Below are positions 62,756 to 64,000 of a stretch of 64,000 bases of DNA, piece after piece. Both the position numbers and the translations under genes were made by a program. The stretch lies in assembly GCA_963815115.1 (NCBI GenBank), contig CAWFFN010000008.1, forward strand, positions 320,001 to 384,000, in the 5' to 3' direction. The DNA is from an uncultured delta proteobacterium. GTDB taxonomy: Bacteria > Desulfobacterota > Binatia > DP-6. The notes beneath the pieces were generated by a model that was given only the letters and a program-made list of their open reading frames with translations, ran no database searches and had not been told where the DNA came from. The stretch's first letter is position 1. Each line of letters begins with the position of its first letter.

Positions 62756-63300
62756 ATGAGACAGAACGAAGAACGCCGGTGCTACCGCTGCGGCGTTTCG
62801 AAGCCATTGGGGGCGTTCATGCAGCGGATCGACGATCGGCACTACAGCATGTGCCGTGTGTGCGTGTCGGAGATCCTCTCACCCGCCGGGGCAGCACTCG
62901 GAAGCAGCGGCTTCCACACACCTCCACTGACCGCGTGTGCTACCTCTGTAGAAGGACGTTGCCCAACGCGGCTTTCACGCGCCGCTCCAACGGCTCGTAC
63001 TTCTCCGCCTGCAAGGAGTGCAATCGCCACGTCTTCGCCCAGCGCAGGCGCGCACGGCTCTGTGCTGCGGAGGGTAGCTACACGCTGGCGGAATGGCAGG
63101 CGCTGGTAGCGCTGTACGATCGCTGTCCCATGTGCCTTCGCGAGTGGGCGTCGATTCCGCCTTCTCTGGGAGGCGCCGACGTGAGGACGATCGACCACAT
63201 CGTCGCCATTTCACGGGGCGGCTCGAATCGAATCGAGAACATTCAACCCCTCTGCTATTCGTGCAACTCTCGGAAGGGCGCGCGCGACCGGCTATTGTAA
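62756..63300 (+). CDS. HNH endonuclease with two N-terminal Zn fingers; 1-nt deletion near 62878
   Basis: CYRC...CRVC in one frame; CYLC...CKEC, CPMC, TIDHIVAISRGGSN...NIQPLCYSCNSRKG in the next. Confidence 0.82.
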
Positions 63301-63432
63301 TGCAGCGCCGTCGCCAGCGAGCGTCTAGGGCCCGCCATTGCACTACCGCTCGACCAGCGAGACGACACGGTGTCTCGCAATCAACGCGTTACGACCTGAC
63401 GAGAACTGCTCCATGGAGGAAGAGGAGGACGC

Positions 63433-64000
63433 ATGGACTTGAAGGGCATCAGCATCACGGCGGACGACATTCGAGAGAGCGACTGGCGGGGCGTCATCCG
63501 GGAGAGTTCGGAGCGAGATAGCTCCCTCTATTCTACGGCCTTTCTGCGTGCAGCCACTGCAGAGGGCTGCGTTGAGCCGGAGCGGTCCGTCTTCCTTGTT
63601 CTGGGGGCCTTGACCACGCTCCATCTCAAGCCGCACGACTCAACGGAACCATTTGGCCCGATGCTGGCATTCGGTGGATCGAGATCGCCTCTTCCTGGCG
63701 ACTTCACGACGGAGCAGTTGACAGCTCTGAGCGAGGTGCTTGACGAGATCGACGATGCCGACCTTCGAGCGCGCATAGCCGACGTGCTCTGGTTGCAGAC
63801 CCGAGATCATCGCGCGGCGGTGGCTGCCGTGAACAGCTATCTGGAAGCGGCGTCGGCGCTTGAGGATTGGGAAAATTGGGGAGCCTGCGCAGACCGCTTG
63901 ACGCGGGCCTTTCGGCTAGCGGTAACGCTTGGGCGGGCGGGCGAAAGTTACCCGCGAGCACTGGCCGCTGTCGAGGACGTGATCTCGAGATGCAACGGCG
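63433..64000 (+). CDS. N-terminus of a large protein resembling DUF4209-containing proteins (runs off window)
   Basis: GAGGAGG RBS; manual translation is open to the edge: ...EPFGPM...RSPLPGDF...LRARIADVLW...AVNSYL...; family call is from memory of the motif pattern. Confidence 0.6.
   Translation, partial: MDLKGISITADDIRESDWRGVIRESSERDSSLYSTAFLRAATAEGCVEPERSVFLVLGALTTLHLKPHDSTEPFGPMLAFGGSRSPLPGDFTTEQLTALSEVLDEIDDADLRARIADVLWLQTRDHRAAVAAVNSYLEAASALEDWENWGACADRLTRAFRLAVTLGRAGESYPRALAAVEDVISRCNG

Larger units (their letters stand above)
56587..64000. mobile_element. Integrative element 2 (left part, continues beyond window)
   Basis: Repeat 2 is not an intact tRNA, so the intact gene should lie further right; cargo is nuclease/IS/phage-like with visibly different composition. 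Confidence 0.7.

Overview
High-GC bacterial chromosome segment. Gene order and the Cys/Thr-rich secreted proteins suggest a deltaproteobacteria-like lineage such as Candidatus Binatia (inference only). About 1-34.8 kb is core housekeeping, mostly on the minus strand: a compact run from four tRNAs through rpmG, secE, nusG, rplKAJL, rpoBC, rpsLG, fusA, tuf and the S10 operon, then rlmB, lptFG, argC, rpsI/rplM and tig-clpP-clpX-lon-hup, with 8 intact tRNAs in total. About 34.8-52.7 kb is accessory: a divergent L,D-transpeptidase / D,D-carboxypeptidase pair, a TetR gene with a perfect palindrome over its start codon, and three tandem ~720-aa modular Cys-rich secreted paralogs, each followed by the same hairpin. 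Two further genes reuse individual modules of these proteins. From 52.77 kb there are two tandem integrative elements at a tRNA-Lys(CTT) site, marked by two identical 43-bp tRNA 3' fragments. Each has its own 8-bp direct-repeat doublet (11-bp period) about 108 bp inside the att copy. Element 1 carries a tyrosine integrase and a host-type secreted module. Element 2 carries DHFR-like, GIY-YIG-like, collagen-like, two HNH and DUF4209-like genes plus an IS256. Single-base frameshifts in rplK, lon, hup and three accessory genes look like long-read assembly errors.
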